A stretch of DNA of 64,000 nucleotides, from contig QKIH01000035.1 in NCBI GenBank assembly GCA_003249645.1, positions 6,495-70,494 of the forward strand. The letters run 5' to 3'. The stretch comes from Desulfobulbaceae bacterium (GTDB taxonomy: Bacteria > Desulfobacterota > Desulfobulbia > Desulfobulbales > Desulfocapsaceae). The number at the start of each line of letters is the position of its first letter. Position 1 is the first letter of the stretch. Shown here one piece after another: positions 1 to 9,977 of this stretch. Under the pieces are notes generated by a model. The model saw only the letters and a program-made list of their open reading frames with translations. It had not been told where the DNA came from and ran no database searches. Position numbers and translations under genes: made by a program.

Positions 1-98
1 ACTATTTTTCCGTTTTTTATCCATAACGAACCGACAGAATCAACACCTGATGACGGATCAATAATCCGTCCATTTTCCAGCACAAGCAATTCGTCCAT
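1..98 (-). CDS. pyrC: dihydroorotase, N-terminal fragment (gene runs off the window start)
   Basis: Reverse complement from the ATG at 98-96 reads MDELLVLENGRIIDPSSGVDSVGSLWIKNGKI..., a typical dihydroorotase N-terminus. An AAGGAGGGG Shine-Dalgarno lies at ~101-110, next to the pyrB stop. This is the classic pyrB-pyrC order. Confidence 0.6.
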   Translation of the reverse strand, partial: MDELLVLENGRIIDPSSGVDSVGSLWIKNGKI

Positions 99-108
99 TT
101 GCCCCTCC

Positions 109-1071
109 TTAACCTTCACTACCTTTCTCTCCACCCATTACCAGGTAGAGCAAAGCCATACGTACCGCAACACCGTTAGTAACCTGATCAAGAATTACCG
201 AACGCTTGCCGTCTGCAACATCGGGGTTCAGCTCCACACCTCTGTTGATCGGGCCAGGATGCATAACCACCACGTCATCTTTAGCAAGTCCCAGCAGTCT
301 GTTGTTGATTCCGTACCGTATTGCATATTCACGTAGCGAAGGAATAAGCGGATCATTCTGCCTTTCTTTCTGAATTCTCAACGCCATGACAACATCTGCA
401 TCTGTAACGGCTTCGGCAACACTATTGCAAACCTTCGCCCCCATCTTCTCTATTCCTGGTGGAATAAAGGTTGCCGGACCGGCAAGATACACCTCAGAAC
501 CCATTCTGGTAAAACCGAGAATATCAGAGCGCGCAACCCTACTGTGAGTGATATCACCGATGATAGCAATTTTAAGACCATCCAATCGCTGTTTCTTTTC
601 AAGAACAGTCATCATGTCGAGCAATCCCTGACTTGGATGCTCATGTGCTCCATCACCTGCGTTAATTATCGATGCGTTTATTTTGTTTGCGATTAGGTTT
701 GGTGCGCCGGAACTTGAATGACGCATGACAATAATATCAGGGTTCATGGCCTGCATATTTCTGACTGTGTCTATCAGAGTCTCACCTTTTTGTGCCGAGC
801 TTGTTGATGCAGAAATGTTAAAAGTATCTGCACTCAGACGTTTGCCGGCTATCTCAAAGGAAAGGCGTGTCCTTGTTGAAGGTTCGTAAAACAGGTTGAT
901 AATAGTCTTGCCACGTAACGTGGGAACTTTTTTAATCGGACGGTTCGATATTTCTTTAAAAGACGCAGCGGTCTGCAGAATGAACTGTATATCTTCAGAG
1001 GACATCTGTTCAATGCCGAAGATATGCCGATGCTTGAATTGGTAGTTTTCGTTCACAGCCCACACCCTCAA
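109..1071 (-). CDS. pyrB: aspartate carbamoyltransferase catalytic subunit
   Basis: 320-aa ORF with the motifs [21 protein letters not shown] and HPGPINRG, diagnostic of the ATCase/OTCase fold. Sits next to pyrC. Confidence 0.95.
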   Translation of the reverse strand: MRVWAVNENYQFKHRHIFGIEQMSSEDIQFILQTAASFKEISNRPIKKVPTLRGKTIINLFYEPSTRTRLSFEIAGKRLSADTFNISASTSSAQKGETLIDTVRNMQAMNPDIIVMRHSSSGAPNLIANKINASIINAGDGAHEHPSQGLLDMMTVLEKKQRLDGLKIAIIGDITHSRVARSDILGFTRMGSEVYLAGPATFIPPGIEKMGAKVCNSVAEAVTDADVVMALRIQKERQNDPLIPSLREYAIRYGINNRLLGLAKDDVVVMHPGPINRGVELNPDVADGKRSVILDQVTNGVAVRMALLYLVMGGEKGSEG

Positions 1072-1746
1072 TTAGTGAATGATATCTCCAAGACGGCTGA
1101 ACCTGATGGAAGTCAGCCTGTCGACTGAAAACAATGGTTTATCAATATTCCACGACCAGTAAATAATCATCGCTTTACCGAGAATTTCCCGCTCGTCGAC
1201 AAATCCCCAGAATCGGCTGTCATAGCTATTATCACGGTTGTCCCCCATAACGAACCATTTTCCTTCGGGTATTAAAATAGGACCAAAATTATCTTTATTG
1301 GGACCTGCTTTGAATATACGAGGATCCTTAAGCTCCTTAGGCAATATCAACTGATCAGAAAAATGAGCCGTTTTGTCCTCGGTTTTCTTTCCATTGATAT
1401 AAACCTGCTTGTTTATGATTTCGAGGGTATCACCAGGAACTGCGATCACGCGCTTGATGTAATCAAGACTTTCATCTTCAGGATAACGAAACACTATTAC
1501 ATCGCCGTGCTCAGGTTTCATTATCGGCACCAGCAGTTTGCCGGTAAAAGGGATCTTTAATCCGTAGATAAATTTATTAACCAGCAGATGATCACCAATC
1601 TGGAGTGTAGGAAGCATCGACCCGGACGGGATTTTGAATGCCTGAAACACAAAAGTGCGGATAAACAGAGCTAGTACAACAGCAACGATTATCGCTTCGG
1701 TGTATTCTCTAACCACAGTCTTGTTCTTTGTCTCACTCACAACCAT
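1072..1746 (-). CDS. lepB: signal peptidase I
   Basis: 224 aa with an N-terminal TM helix, the catalytic Ser box IPSGSMLPTL, and the GDNRDNSYDSRFWGFV box. Its stop directly abuts the pyrB start. Confidence 0.9.
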   Translation of the reverse strand: MVVSETKNKTVVREYTEAIIVAVVLALFIRTFVFQAFKIPSGSMLPTLQIGDHLLVNKFIYGLKIPFTGKLLVPIMKPEHGDVIVFRYPEDESLDYIKRVIAVPGDTLEIINKQVYINGKKTEDKTAHFSDQLILPKELKDPRIFKAGPNKDNFGPILIPEGKWFVMGDNRDNSYDSRFWGFVDEREILGKAMIIYWSWNIDKPLFSVDRLTSIRFSRLGDIIH

Positions 1747-2136
1747 TCCTTCCCGAATTATTTTGATAAAGTTGAATCGAAATTTTTCTGCAAAATGTAC
1801 CTAATGTAATTCATTGCGAATTACAAGACAGATTCAAATTGTCATCACAAATTATCTGAATTTTATACTTTTTTTTTTACATCTGGCAACCATACTACAT
1901 ACAGATTTTAAGCTTTAGCACATAGCTATATATTGTAGAAAAAGTACAAATTTTTATATTTTCTTCATTAACTCCCTGTTAAAAAAAGAAAATTTCAAAC
2001 ATTAAATATAGCACTTTTCCTTGACAAAAGAGTTTTTTTATGTCCTAAATATAATTTATCAAGTGATACCTTTATATTATAAGGCGAAGAATCTGTTAGT
2101 TTTTGTTGCAGGTGATATTAACTTTCTACCTCCCTG

Positions 2137-3201
2137 GTGACTATGAAACTGCCTTTTGCAAAAGAGAATTTGGTGGTTGGTGTAGATATAGGCTCACATG
2201 CCGTTAAAGTTTGCCAACTAAGTAAAACCGATAATAACTATAGTGTCGTCAATTTAGGCAGCATTACACTGCCTGAAGGAGCCGTTGAAGACGGGACCCT
2301 CAACGAGCCTGAAATTGTCGCCAAGGCCATTTCAGATCTTTTCACCAATCTGAAAATTAAAAACAAACGGGTCGGTTTTTCCATCTCAGGATACTCCGTC
2401 ATTGTGAAAAAAGTTAATTTGGCAGTGATGGATGACAAAGAGCTTGAAAACCATATTATGGCTGAAGCTGAGCAATATATCCCTTTTGACCTTGATGACG
2501 TTTATCTTGATTTTCAGGACCTGAAAACAAACACTCCGGAAACCGAAAGAACTGACGTTATGCTTGTTGCTGCAAAAAAAGAGGTCGTAGACGATTATCT
2601 TCAGATGCTTGAAGGCATAAAACTTAAACCGGTCATTGTCGATGTCGACGGTTTTGCTCTTGAAAATACCTACGAATACGTCAACAAGAAGATTGAAAAT
2701 GTTGCGCTGGTAGATATCGGTGCCTCCAAAATGAATATTAACATTCTCTCTAACGGGGTGTCTGTTGTAGCAAGAGATATCGTTGTTGGCAGTCGCCAGT
2801 TAACAGAACAGATTCAGTCGACTTTCGATATAGACTACGAGGAAGCTGAAGCTATCAAGATTGGTCATATCCCTGCTGACGATGATCAAAAAGAACAAAT
2901 TGGCGAGATTTTCACTTCAATTTGTACTCAATGGGTTCTAGAAGTAAAGAAAGCTATCGACCTATACCATTCAAATCATCCATCACAACCTCTTACAAAG
3001 CTTATTTTAAGCGGTGGAGGGGCAAAAGTTGTGGGGTTAATAGATTTTCTTACCAATGAAACTGGACTGACGGTTGAACTTTTCAACCCGTTTGCCTCAA
3101 TGGATTTTAACGAGAAAAAGATTGATCGGGGTTATCTCGAGAGTATCGGTCCGGAAATGGCGATAGCCACAGGAATCGCAATCAGGCCATCGGTCATTTG
3201 A
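2137..3201 (+). CDS. pilM: type IV pilus assembly protein PilM (actin-like ATPase fold)
   Basis: 354 aa. N-terminus VGVDIGSHAVKVCQL and a later VDIGASKMNINIL are typical of PilM/FtsA-like proteins. First gene of pilMNOP. The start may be GTG 2137 or ATG 2143. Confidence 0.85.
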   Translation: MTMKLPFAKENLVVGVDIGSHAVKVCQLSKTDNNYSVVNLGSITLPEGAVEDGTLNEPEIVAKAISDLFTNLKIKNKRVGFSISGYSVIVKKVNLAVMDDKELENHIMAEAEQYIPFDLDDVYLDFQDLKTNTPETERTDVMLVAAKKEVVDDYLQMLEGIKLKPVIVDVDGFALENTYEYVNKKIENVALVDIGASKMNINILSNGVSVVARDIVVGSRQLTEQIQSTFDIDYEEAEAIKIGHIPADDDQKEQIGEIFTSICTQWVLEVKKAIDLYHSNHPSQPLTKLILSGGGAKVVGLIDFLTNETGLTVELFNPFASMDFNEKKIDRGYLESIGPEMAIATGIAIRPSVI

Positions 3202-3240
3202 AAGACATCAAATTTGTATTAACTGAAAGGTACGCAAACC

Positions 3241-3816
3241 ATGCTTAGGATCAACCTACTTCCAATACGGCAGTTAAAAAAACGCGCCCACGCTTTCAAA
3301 CAGATAACTCTCGCACTGATAGGTCTGGGTTGCGTACTTTTAGTCTTAGGTGCAGTGAGTTTTTATCAAAAAAACAATATTAAACAGACACAGCAAAGCA
3401 TTCAGAAGCTTGAAGAAAAAAAGAAAACATACCAGAAGACGCTTGATAAGATCGCTGAACTTAAGAAAAACACCGAAGAACTTAACCGTCGAATTACCGT
3501 TATTAACAATCTCAGGAAAAGTTCCTCGGTAACCGTTCATATCCTCGACGAAGTGACCAACCGGATAGACAACGAACGAGTTTGGCTGACCTCTCTTTCC
3601 CAGCAAAATACTACTCTCAATCTTATTGGGGTAGCTTTAGATAATGAAAGTATCGCACAATTTATGGATTCTTTAAAAGATTCTGAATATATCGATACTG
3701 TCTCACTTGGACAATCAACATTAAAAAGTGTATCAGGCAGAAACCTGAAATCTTTTAATCTGACCTGTTCAATTAATCAGCTGGGAACGGAACCAGTAAG
3801 TGAAAGTGGCAAATAA
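3241..3816 (+). CDS. pilN: type IV pilus assembly protein PilN
   Basis: 191 aa. Has the INLLPIRQ N-terminal motif, a single TM helix and a coiled-coil periplasmic part. Lies between pilM and pilO. Confidence 0.8.
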   Translation: MLRINLLPIRQLKKRAHAFKQITLALIGLGCVLLVLGAVSFYQKNNIKQTQQSIQKLEEKKKTYQKTLDKIAELKKNTEELNRRITVINNLRKSSSVTVHILDEVTNRIDNERVWLTSLSQQNTTLNLIGVALDNESIAQFMDSLKDSEYIDTVSLGQSTLKSVSGRNLKSFNLTCSINQLGTEPVSESGK

Positions 3817-3858
3817 ACGAGGATTTTCTCTAAACAAACTGAAACTCGTATAATTCTC

Positions 3859-4491
3859 ATGAAAAAACAAGATACATTCAACAAATTCCTGGATGAACGC
3901 TACATTCCGCTGGAACCGAAATTCAAAATCCTTGCTGCGGTTCTGCCTCCAGTAGTTCTAATAGCGCTTTTTTACTTCTTGCTCTTTAGTCCGGATCAAA
4001 CGACTTTGCAAAATCTGCAATCTAAAGAGACTAAGTTAACTAAAGAAGTTCAAACTGCTCAAAAGCAGGCTGCCAACCTTGAGAAGTTTCAAAAAGAATT
4101 TGATGAAACAGAAACGAAATTTCTTGAAACAGCAGACATGCTTCCTGAACAGAAAGAAATCCCTCAGCTGTTAAAGGATATTTCCGCAATCGGCCAAAAT
4201 GCAGGGCTTGATTTTGTCAGCTTTACCCCCGGTGCTGAATCCCCGCAGGATTTTTATGCTGAGTTTCCAATTAATCTTAGCGTTAAAGGTCCATACCACA
4301 ACATGGGATTCTTCCTTGACCAGGTTAGCAAGTTGAACCGTATCGTTACTGTATCCAATATCAATATGGGTGGTGCAAAAGAGGACGGAAGTGAACTCAT
4401 TCTAAACTCGACATGCAGCTTACTGACCTATCGTTTCACCAACAAGGCTTTGACTCCACCTAAAGATGATAAAAAAGGGAAGAAAAAGTAG
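3859..4491 (+). CDS. pilO: type IV pilus assembly protein PilO
   Basis: 210 aa. TM helix, then coiled coil, then a ferredoxin-like C-terminal part (IPQLLKDISAIGQNAGLDFVSFTPG). Position in the operon fits. Confidence 0.8.
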   Translation: MKKQDTFNKFLDERYIPLEPKFKILAAVLPPVVLIALFYFLLFSPDQTTLQNLQSKETKLTKEVQTAQKQAANLEKFQKEFDETETKFLETADMLPEQKEIPQLLKDISAIGQNAGLDFVSFTPGAESPQDFYAEFPINLSVKGPYHNMGFFLDQVSKLNRIVTVSNINMGGAKEDGSELILNSTCSLLTYRFTNKALTPPKDDKKGKKK

Positions 4492-4528
4492 ATAACACCT
4501 CTATAATAACAGGATAGCAAAGAGAGCC

Positions 4529-5056
4529 ATGATACCAGTTACCAACACATTCCCATTTCACAGAATTGGACGGATTTTTGCTATGGGTGTGATACTATTT
4601 TCTGCATCCCATTCTATGGCAGCTGATAAGAAAGAGACTAAAGAGACTGTAGAACAGCCAACCGTCCCCATTGAGCTGAAAATTGTTCAGGATGATTTCG
4701 AATACAAAATTGACGGACGCCCTGATCCTTTTAAACCTTTTCTAAAACCAAAGATAGAATTAGACCCAAATGAAATCATAGAGTCTAATGAGGTCTTAAC
4801 TGGAATGCAGCTTTTCGAGCCGGGCCAGCTCACGTTGGTAGCTATTATGATGGCAGGTAAACAGCACATTGCCATGGTTCAGGATTCAACTGGAAAGGGA
4901 TATGTTTTAAATACTGGCATGAAAATCGGGCGACATGGTGAAATCATTAGCATTGATGCCAACAAAGTGACAATTGAAGAAACTGCTGTTACTCGAGCCA
5001 AAAAAGAAATTAAATCTAGGATTGATATGGTCTTAAACAAAGAGGGAGAAAAATAA
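4529..5056 (+). CDS. pilP: type IV pilus assembly protein PilP
   Basis: 175 aa. Signal/anchor sequence, an RPDPFKPF motif and a C-terminal beta domain. Follows pilO. Confidence 0.7.
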   Translation: MIPVTNTFPFHRIGRIFAMGVILFSASHSMAADKKETKETVEQPTVPIELKIVQDDFEYKIDGRPDPFKPFLKPKIELDPNEIIESNEVLTGMQLFEPGQLTLVAIMMAGKQHIAMVQDSTGKGYVLNTGMKIGRHGEIISIDANKVTIEETAVTRAKKEIKSRIDMVLNKEGEK

Positions 5057-5059
5057 GAC

Positions 5060-6547
5060 ATGTTTAATAAGCTCATTAAACTCAATTTGGCCCTTTTCAT
5101 GCTAATGTTCGTTTTTGCGCAACAGAGTAGCTTTGCAAATGATGAAACACCAAAGAATAGTGCGCCCATTGAAATTACTGATATCTCGGTTAAGGCAGCT
5201 GATAATACTGTTGAAGCACTTATTGTTGCCAGCCAGTCTGTAACCGCATTTCAAGACAAGACTATCGCCGGAACAGAATCTGCCCCGGCAAGGATGTATG
5301 TCGATATTGCCAATGCCACTCTCGGAAGCGTTAAAAATGAATATGCTGTCGGTAACATTTTGGACAAAATCAGAATTGCCCCAAGTGATACCGGAATTCG
5401 TTTAGTCTTTGATGCGGATGGACCTGAGATTTTCCAGTATTCCATTACAAGTGATCCTCAGGGATTAAAGGTGAAAATTACTCCTGCAAGCCAGAAGGAT
5501 AACACTTTAGACCAATTAATTGAGTCATCAGTTGCAGAACTGGAAAAACAACCTCTCAATTCGACTAGTAAAGGTATTGAAAAAAGCTCTCCTGACGACA
5601 GCTTTAAAGTATCAGGTTTTGATAAAGAGCGTATCAGTGTTGATTTCTATAAAATCGATCTCCACAATGTATTTCGTCTCTTCAGAGAAGTGAGCGGCAT
5701 GAATATTATTGTAGATGAAAAAGTCAACGGTATACTGACATTATCTCTTAACGATGTTCCTTGGGATTTTGCACTCGATATCGTACTCAATCTTTCTAAT
5801 CTTAAAAAAGAAGAAAGGTTTAACACGATAGTGATTTATCCGGCATCATCGACTTTTTCCTGGCCTGAGAGAACCTCGCTAGACAATCTTGAGATTGAAA
5901 CTGATTCCAACATCCTTGAGCAGGAAACTCTCATTGTTCAGCAGACTGCAAATCAGTCTAAAGAAATAATGGAAGCTCAACAAATATTGCAGAAAGCCAA
6001 AAAAGCTGAACACAAGAAAGATTTTGAAGAAGCAGCCAAACTTTATGAAGATGCCCTGAAATTATGGCCGGACAACAATAAAATTTCTAACCGTTTGGCA
6101 ACACTCTATCTTGTTGACCTCGGTTTGAATGCCAAGGCTGTTTATCATGCTTCCAATACCTTGAAAAAAGATCCACAGAACTACAGAGCTGCACTTTACG
6201 CAGCCATTGGGTCAGCCAATATGCAACAGAAAGCAGAGGCAATGGAGTTTTTCAACCAGAGCGTTTCAGGTAATCCCCCAATGCAGGAGGCACTCATCAG
6301 TTATGCAGCCTTCAATGAACAGAATAAGATGTATGATGAGGCCATTAAACTCTTGGAAAAGCATGATGCATTTTACGGCGAATCATCCTCCACAATGCTC
6401 TCAAAGGCTCGGATATTTGATAAACTCGGCGATTCAGATAAAGCAACGCAGCAGTACTCTGCATTGCTTTCTTCAGGATATCAGTTAACACCGGATTTGA
6501 AAAAATACATCAAAGGTCGTATTGCGGCCGGAAATATACAAAATTAA
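5060..6547 (+). CDS. secreted AMIN-domain / secretin-N0(STN)-like / TPR-repeat protein (no secretin pore domain)
   Basis: 495 aa. Contains a signal peptide, an AMIN-like segment, an STN/N0-like segment (ISVDFYKIDLHNVFRLFREVSGMNIIVDEKVNGILTLSLNDVPWDFALDIVL) and a C-terminal ~190 aa with a TPR-like periodicity. Starts 4 nt after pilP. Confidence 0.6.
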   Translation: MFNKLIKLNLALFMLMFVFAQQSSFANDETPKNSAPIEITDISVKAADNTVEALIVASQSVTAFQDKTIAGTESAPARMYVDIANATLGSVKNEYAVGNILDKIRIAPSDTGIRLVFDADGPEIFQYSITSDPQGLKVKITPASQKDNTLDQLIESSVAELEKQPLNSTSKGIEKSSPDDSFKVSGFDKERISVDFYKIDLHNVFRLFREVSGMNIIVDEKVNGILTLSLNDVPWDFALDIVLNLSNLKKEERFNTIVIYPASSTFSWPERTSLDNLEIETDSNILEQETLIVQQTANQSKEIMEAQQILQKAKKAEHKKDFEEAAKLYEDALKLWPDNNKISNRLATLYLVDLGLNAKAVYHASNTLKKDPQNYRAALYAAIGSANMQQKAEAMEFFNQSVSGNPPMQEALISYAAFNEQNKMYDEAIKLLEKHDAFYGESSSTMLSKARIFDKLGDSDKATQQYSALLSSGYQLTPDLKKYIKGRIAAGNIQN

Positions 6548-6609
6548 ACTTATTTTAAATAACGGTTAGCTATACAGAACCAATTCTTTTGCCTCAAGAG
6601 GTTAAATAC

Positions 6610-8253
6610 ATGAAGTCAATCTATCAAGGAATTACTATTTGTGGCGTCTTGCTGCTGGCACTGCTTCTGGCATCCTGCAGCCCTCAATCACAAGTTGAGC
6701 AATCAGACATCCAGGCTTCTGATTCAACCACATCTGCTAGTGAAATGGGAGCAGCCCCATCATCCCTCCCAGTACAATATCAGCAACCTTCTTATATGGT
6801 TGACATCAATTCAACTACTGAAATGGAAGACGATGTTGAAGATGCTGGTCTCAAAGTCGGAGCTAACATAGTTTCAACCCGCGGTCCTGAACCGCTTGCT
6901 GATGTTTTACGCATCCTTGCAAGATCGAAAGGTTTCACGATTTCATGGGCGAGCGATGTTGATCGCAATGTCTTAGTTGATGTTAACATCAGCGCTAATG
7001 ACGACTTTCACAAATCAATAGACAATCTGCTTCGTCAGGTTGATTATTTCCATGAATTTGAGAACAACACGATCGTCGTCAAATACAAGGAAACACGCCA
7101 GTTTCATATTGCCATGCCGTTTACTAAACAGACCTACAAAACAGGCACCGGTGGTAATGTTCTTGGCGGCAATGATGCATCGACAAACGTAGATGGAACC
7201 ATTCAACTCTCCAGCAGTGATAATCAATTTGATATATGGGCCAACATTCAGAGCAATATGGATAAAATCATTGCTACCTGGAATACCAGAACCGTTCAGG
7301 GCAAAGTTCCAGAAGCGCCTGCAGCTGCTCAAGACGGAGAGGCTAATACCGATGATCAAACCGCTCAGGCTGCAATGCAGGTTTCTTCCGGCGACAGTAT
7401 GTACATAATTGATAAACCGGTTGGTCTGGTTACCGTTTCAGCTCCCCGGCCACTTCTCAACAGACTCGAAGACTATTTTAACAGTCTCAAAAGAGAACTT
7501 TACAAACAAGTCAATATTGAAGCGAAGATCATTGAAGTTAAACTTACAGACAACTCAAGTATCGGTATCAACTGGAGTAACGTACTTGACGGTCTCTCTG
7601 TTTCAGGTTCGGTAGAATTCGGTGAAGGTTCTGAAGGCGACAGCTACGGAACTGTCTGGCCAAACGATTCTGCGTTGCCATTTATTCGTGCAGTACACAT
7701 TGATGCCCTTGACTTCGGTATATTTCTTAACGCCTTGAAAACGCAGGGAGACACCAATGTGTTGTCCAATCCGAAAATTAGTGTCATGAATGGTCAGCCT
7801 GCCCTGCTTACTGTTGGTAAAAATACTACTTACATCAGTGAACTTTCATCAGAAGTTGACGATGACACAGGCGATACCACGTACACTACAGAAACTGAAA
7901 GGATTCTCTCCGGTATTGGTCTGGCGCTTACAGCCAACGTTCTAAATGATAATGAAATCGTCATGAATCTGGTTCCTGTCACTTCAGAACTTCAGGAGCT
8001 TGATCAGGTAGAAATTGGCGATGGTTATATTAACCTGCCAACTGTCGATGTTCGTGAAATGAGCACAACTGTAAAGGTTAAAAATGGCGAAATACTGGTT
8101 ATCGGTGGTCTTATCGATAACACCACTTCCACGGAAGGAAACTTTGCTCCAATACTCGGATCAATCCCGATAATTCGTTACCTTTTCGGATACGAAGAAA
8201 AAGTAAATCAAAAGCGTGAGCTGATTATTCTGCTTAAACCAGCCATACTTTAA
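6610..8253 (+). CDS. lipoprotein secretin of the type IV pilus (MshL/PilQ-like)
   Basis: Lipobox LLASC after a signal peptide. C-terminal secretin domain: NVLSNPKISVMNGQPALLTVG ... VKNGEILVIGGLI ... GSIPIIRYLFG. ATG at 6610 is preceded by AGAGG; the ORF track starts at TTG 6589. Confidence 0.85.
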   Translation: MKSIYQGITICGVLLLALLLASCSPQSQVEQSDIQASDSTTSASEMGAAPSSLPVQYQQPSYMVDINSTTEMEDDVEDAGLKVGANIVSTRGPEPLADVLRILARSKGFTISWASDVDRNVLVDVNISANDDFHKSIDNLLRQVDYFHEFENNTIVVKYKETRQFHIAMPFTKQTYKTGTGGNVLGGNDASTNVDGTIQLSSSDNQFDIWANIQSNMDKIIATWNTRTVQGKVPEAPAAAQDGEANTDDQTAQAAMQVSSGDSMYIIDKPVGLVTVSAPRPLLNRLEDYFNSLKRELYKQVNIEAKIIEVKLTDNSSIGINWSNVLDGLSVSGSVEFGEGSEGDSYGTVWPNDSALPFIRAVHIDALDFGIFLNALKTQGDTNVLSNPKISVMNGQPALLTVGKNTTYISELSSEVDDDTGDTTYTTETERILSGIGLALTANVLNDNEIVMNLVPVTSELQELDQVEIGDGYINLPTVDVREMSTTVKVKNGEILVIGGLIDNTTSTEGNFAPILGSIPIIRYLFGYEEKVNQKRELIILLKPAIL

Positions 8254-8322
8254 TTGGCTTTGAATTATACTAACGACGTTTAAACTAACACATAAATTAT
8301 ATTTTACGGCAGGGAGAAGATT

Positions 8323-9333
8323 ATGAAGAGGCTGAAATGTCTGTTGATTGGAATTTTGGCAGCGTCTTTAGCAGGATGTGGCCAGACAGTAGTAGAAACA
8401 TTAAATGTCCCTACGGCAGTTTCTCCAAACGCTCCGGGAAAGGGTATGACAGCTCTTATTCTTCCTTTTGCTGATTACTCTTACGGTGACGATCTGGCCT
8501 CTGCTCATAGACGTAACCTTAAAGTTACTGAAACGCTCACGGATCATCTTGTAGGCAATGGCTTTGCATTACCTGTTCAGGAAGATGTATTTTTCTATCT
8601 TGTTGACCAGAATATTATAAGCCTTGTTCCTTATGAAGAACAAAGATCAACCTCTTTAGCAAACGAATTAAACTCAGACTGGTCTCCGGAGATGAAACAG
8701 ACCATAAAGCATTATATGGGGTTACAGCAAAACAGTCGTAAAAGAAATGTATCATCTAGCCCAGGTACACACGGTTTAACCTCTGACACTGTTGCCAAGA
8801 TGGCTCGCAATTTCCATGCTGATTATGTCGTTCGGGGCAGAATCCTTGAATACAAAACCCGTCAGGAAGCTACTTGGGCACCATGGAAAACCGGTATACT
8901 TCCTTTTATCACTGGTTCAACCAGCCAGATCTTTTATGGTTTTGCCGGCTCTGAACAATATGATGAAATGGGTATGATGGTTTCAGGTGCCACCATCGGA
9001 GCCCTGGCTGCTCACAGCGGACATTATCCATTTGACAACGATGACATTGTTTCAGGTTCTGCAGTGACCGGCAATGATATTGCCTGGGGACTCGTTGGTG
9101 CAGGGCTTGGCCAGATGGCATATAACGCAGGCCGTGTCGATCAAGCTGTAGTACAGCTTAGAATTTGGGTTCAGGAAGCTTCAACAGGAAACGTTGTTTG
9201 GACCAACCGTATTCAGGTTCAGGTCTCTCCAGAAAGCGTGTTCTCCGATGCTCAATATGACGTTTTGTTTGATCAGGCAATTGAGAAAGGTGTTTCCACC
9301 CTCATCGATAACTTTGTAACTACTGCTTTATAA
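8323..9333 (+). CDS. hypothetical outer-membrane-type lipoprotein with glycine-zipper segment
   Basis: 336 aa. Lipobox LAGCG. The N- and C-terminal parts resemble the LpoB/CsgG-like fold pattern (LILPFADYS...; QLRIWVQEASTGNVVWT). A central Gly-zipper is present (GATIGALAAHSG, GLVGAGLGQMAYNAG). The function is not recognised. Confidence 0.6.
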   Translation: MKRLKCLLIGILAASLAGCGQTVVETLNVPTAVSPNAPGKGMTALILPFADYSYGDDLASAHRRNLKVTETLTDHLVGNGFALPVQEDVFFYLVDQNIISLVPYEEQRSTSLANELNSDWSPEMKQTIKHYMGLQQNSRKRNVSSSPGTHGLTSDTVAKMARNFHADYVVRGRILEYKTRQEATWAPWKTGILPFITGSTSQIFYGFAGSEQYDEMGMMVSGATIGALAAHSGHYPFDNDDIVSGSAVTGNDIAWGLVGAGLGQMAYNAGRVDQAVVQLRIWVQEASTGNVVWTNRIQVQVSPESVFSDAQYDVLFDQAIEKGVSTLIDNFVTTAL

Positions 9334-9351
9334 AAAAAGACGATCCTGCCT

Positions 9352-9395
9352 AAAAAAAAGCCCAGTCATTTTTAAAGTGACTGGGCTTTTTTTTT
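9352..9395. terminator. bidirectional rho-independent terminator
   Basis: A8 run, then the stem GCCCAGTCA (9360-9368) paired with TGACTGGGC (9378-9386), then a T9 run. Lies between convergent genes. Confidence 0.75.
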
Positions 9396-9415
9396 ATCCT
9401 TATCCCGCGCAGAAA

Positions 9416-9886
9416 TCAGGCATTAGCCTTCTGCTGCTTCATCTGATTTTGAAATAAGGCCATGAAGTTAATTGGCTCCATCTGAAAAGGCACAAAACCA
9501 CCGTCTACAGAGACCTGGCTAACAATTTGCCTTGTAAATGGGAAAAGCAGAGTAGGACAATCGACAGCCAAAACCATTGCAAGATGTTCTTCTGGAATAT
9601 TATTGAGATAAAAAATGGCAGCATGTTCAATTTCCATCACAAACATGGATTTGTTATCTTCCTTCTTGTTAGTCACTTCTGCATTAACATGCAGTGAAAC
9701 TTCCCAGTGAAGCTCATCTATTTTTCTATTACTCAGTTTCAAGTTCAGTTCAACATTCGGTTCCTGACCTGCTTGCGGCATAAACACCTGTGGAGCATTA
9801 GGATTTTCAAAAGAAAGATCTTTAATATACATCTTTTGAAGTCTGAACTGTGGTCTTGAGTCTTGGGTATTATTTGTCTCTGACAT
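9416..9886 (-). CDS. secB: protein-export chaperone SecB
   Basis: 156 aa. Close to the E. coli SecB pattern (F.LQKMYIKDLSFENPNAPQVF, CPTLLFPFTRQ). Confidence 0.9.
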   Translation of the reverse strand: MSETNNTQDSRPQFRLQKMYIKDLSFENPNAPQVFMPQAGQEPNVELNLKLSNRKIDELHWEVSLHVNAEVTNKKEDNKSMFVMEIEHAAIFYLNNIPEEHLAMVLAVDCPTLLFPFTRQIVSQVSVDGGFVPFQMEPINFMALFQNQMKQQKANA

Positions 9887-9977
9887 GTTTTCCTCAATTT
9901 AATTGTTATAGATTGAATCGGTTCATCATACTTAAACGGTAACGTTATGAAATGCAAGCAACTGATTGCCAATATTT

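Noticed and set aside
2021-2055. A perfect TTGACA -35 hexamer lies upstream of pilM.
   Set aside because: The nearest -10-like hexamers are TAAATA at 19-nt spacing and TATAAT at 23-nt spacing. Both fall outside the usual 16-18 nt, which is too weak to call a promoter.
5060-6547. This ORF could be called canonical PilQ.
   Set aside because: It lacks the C-terminal secretin pore domain and ends in TPR repeats. The pore domain is in the next gene.
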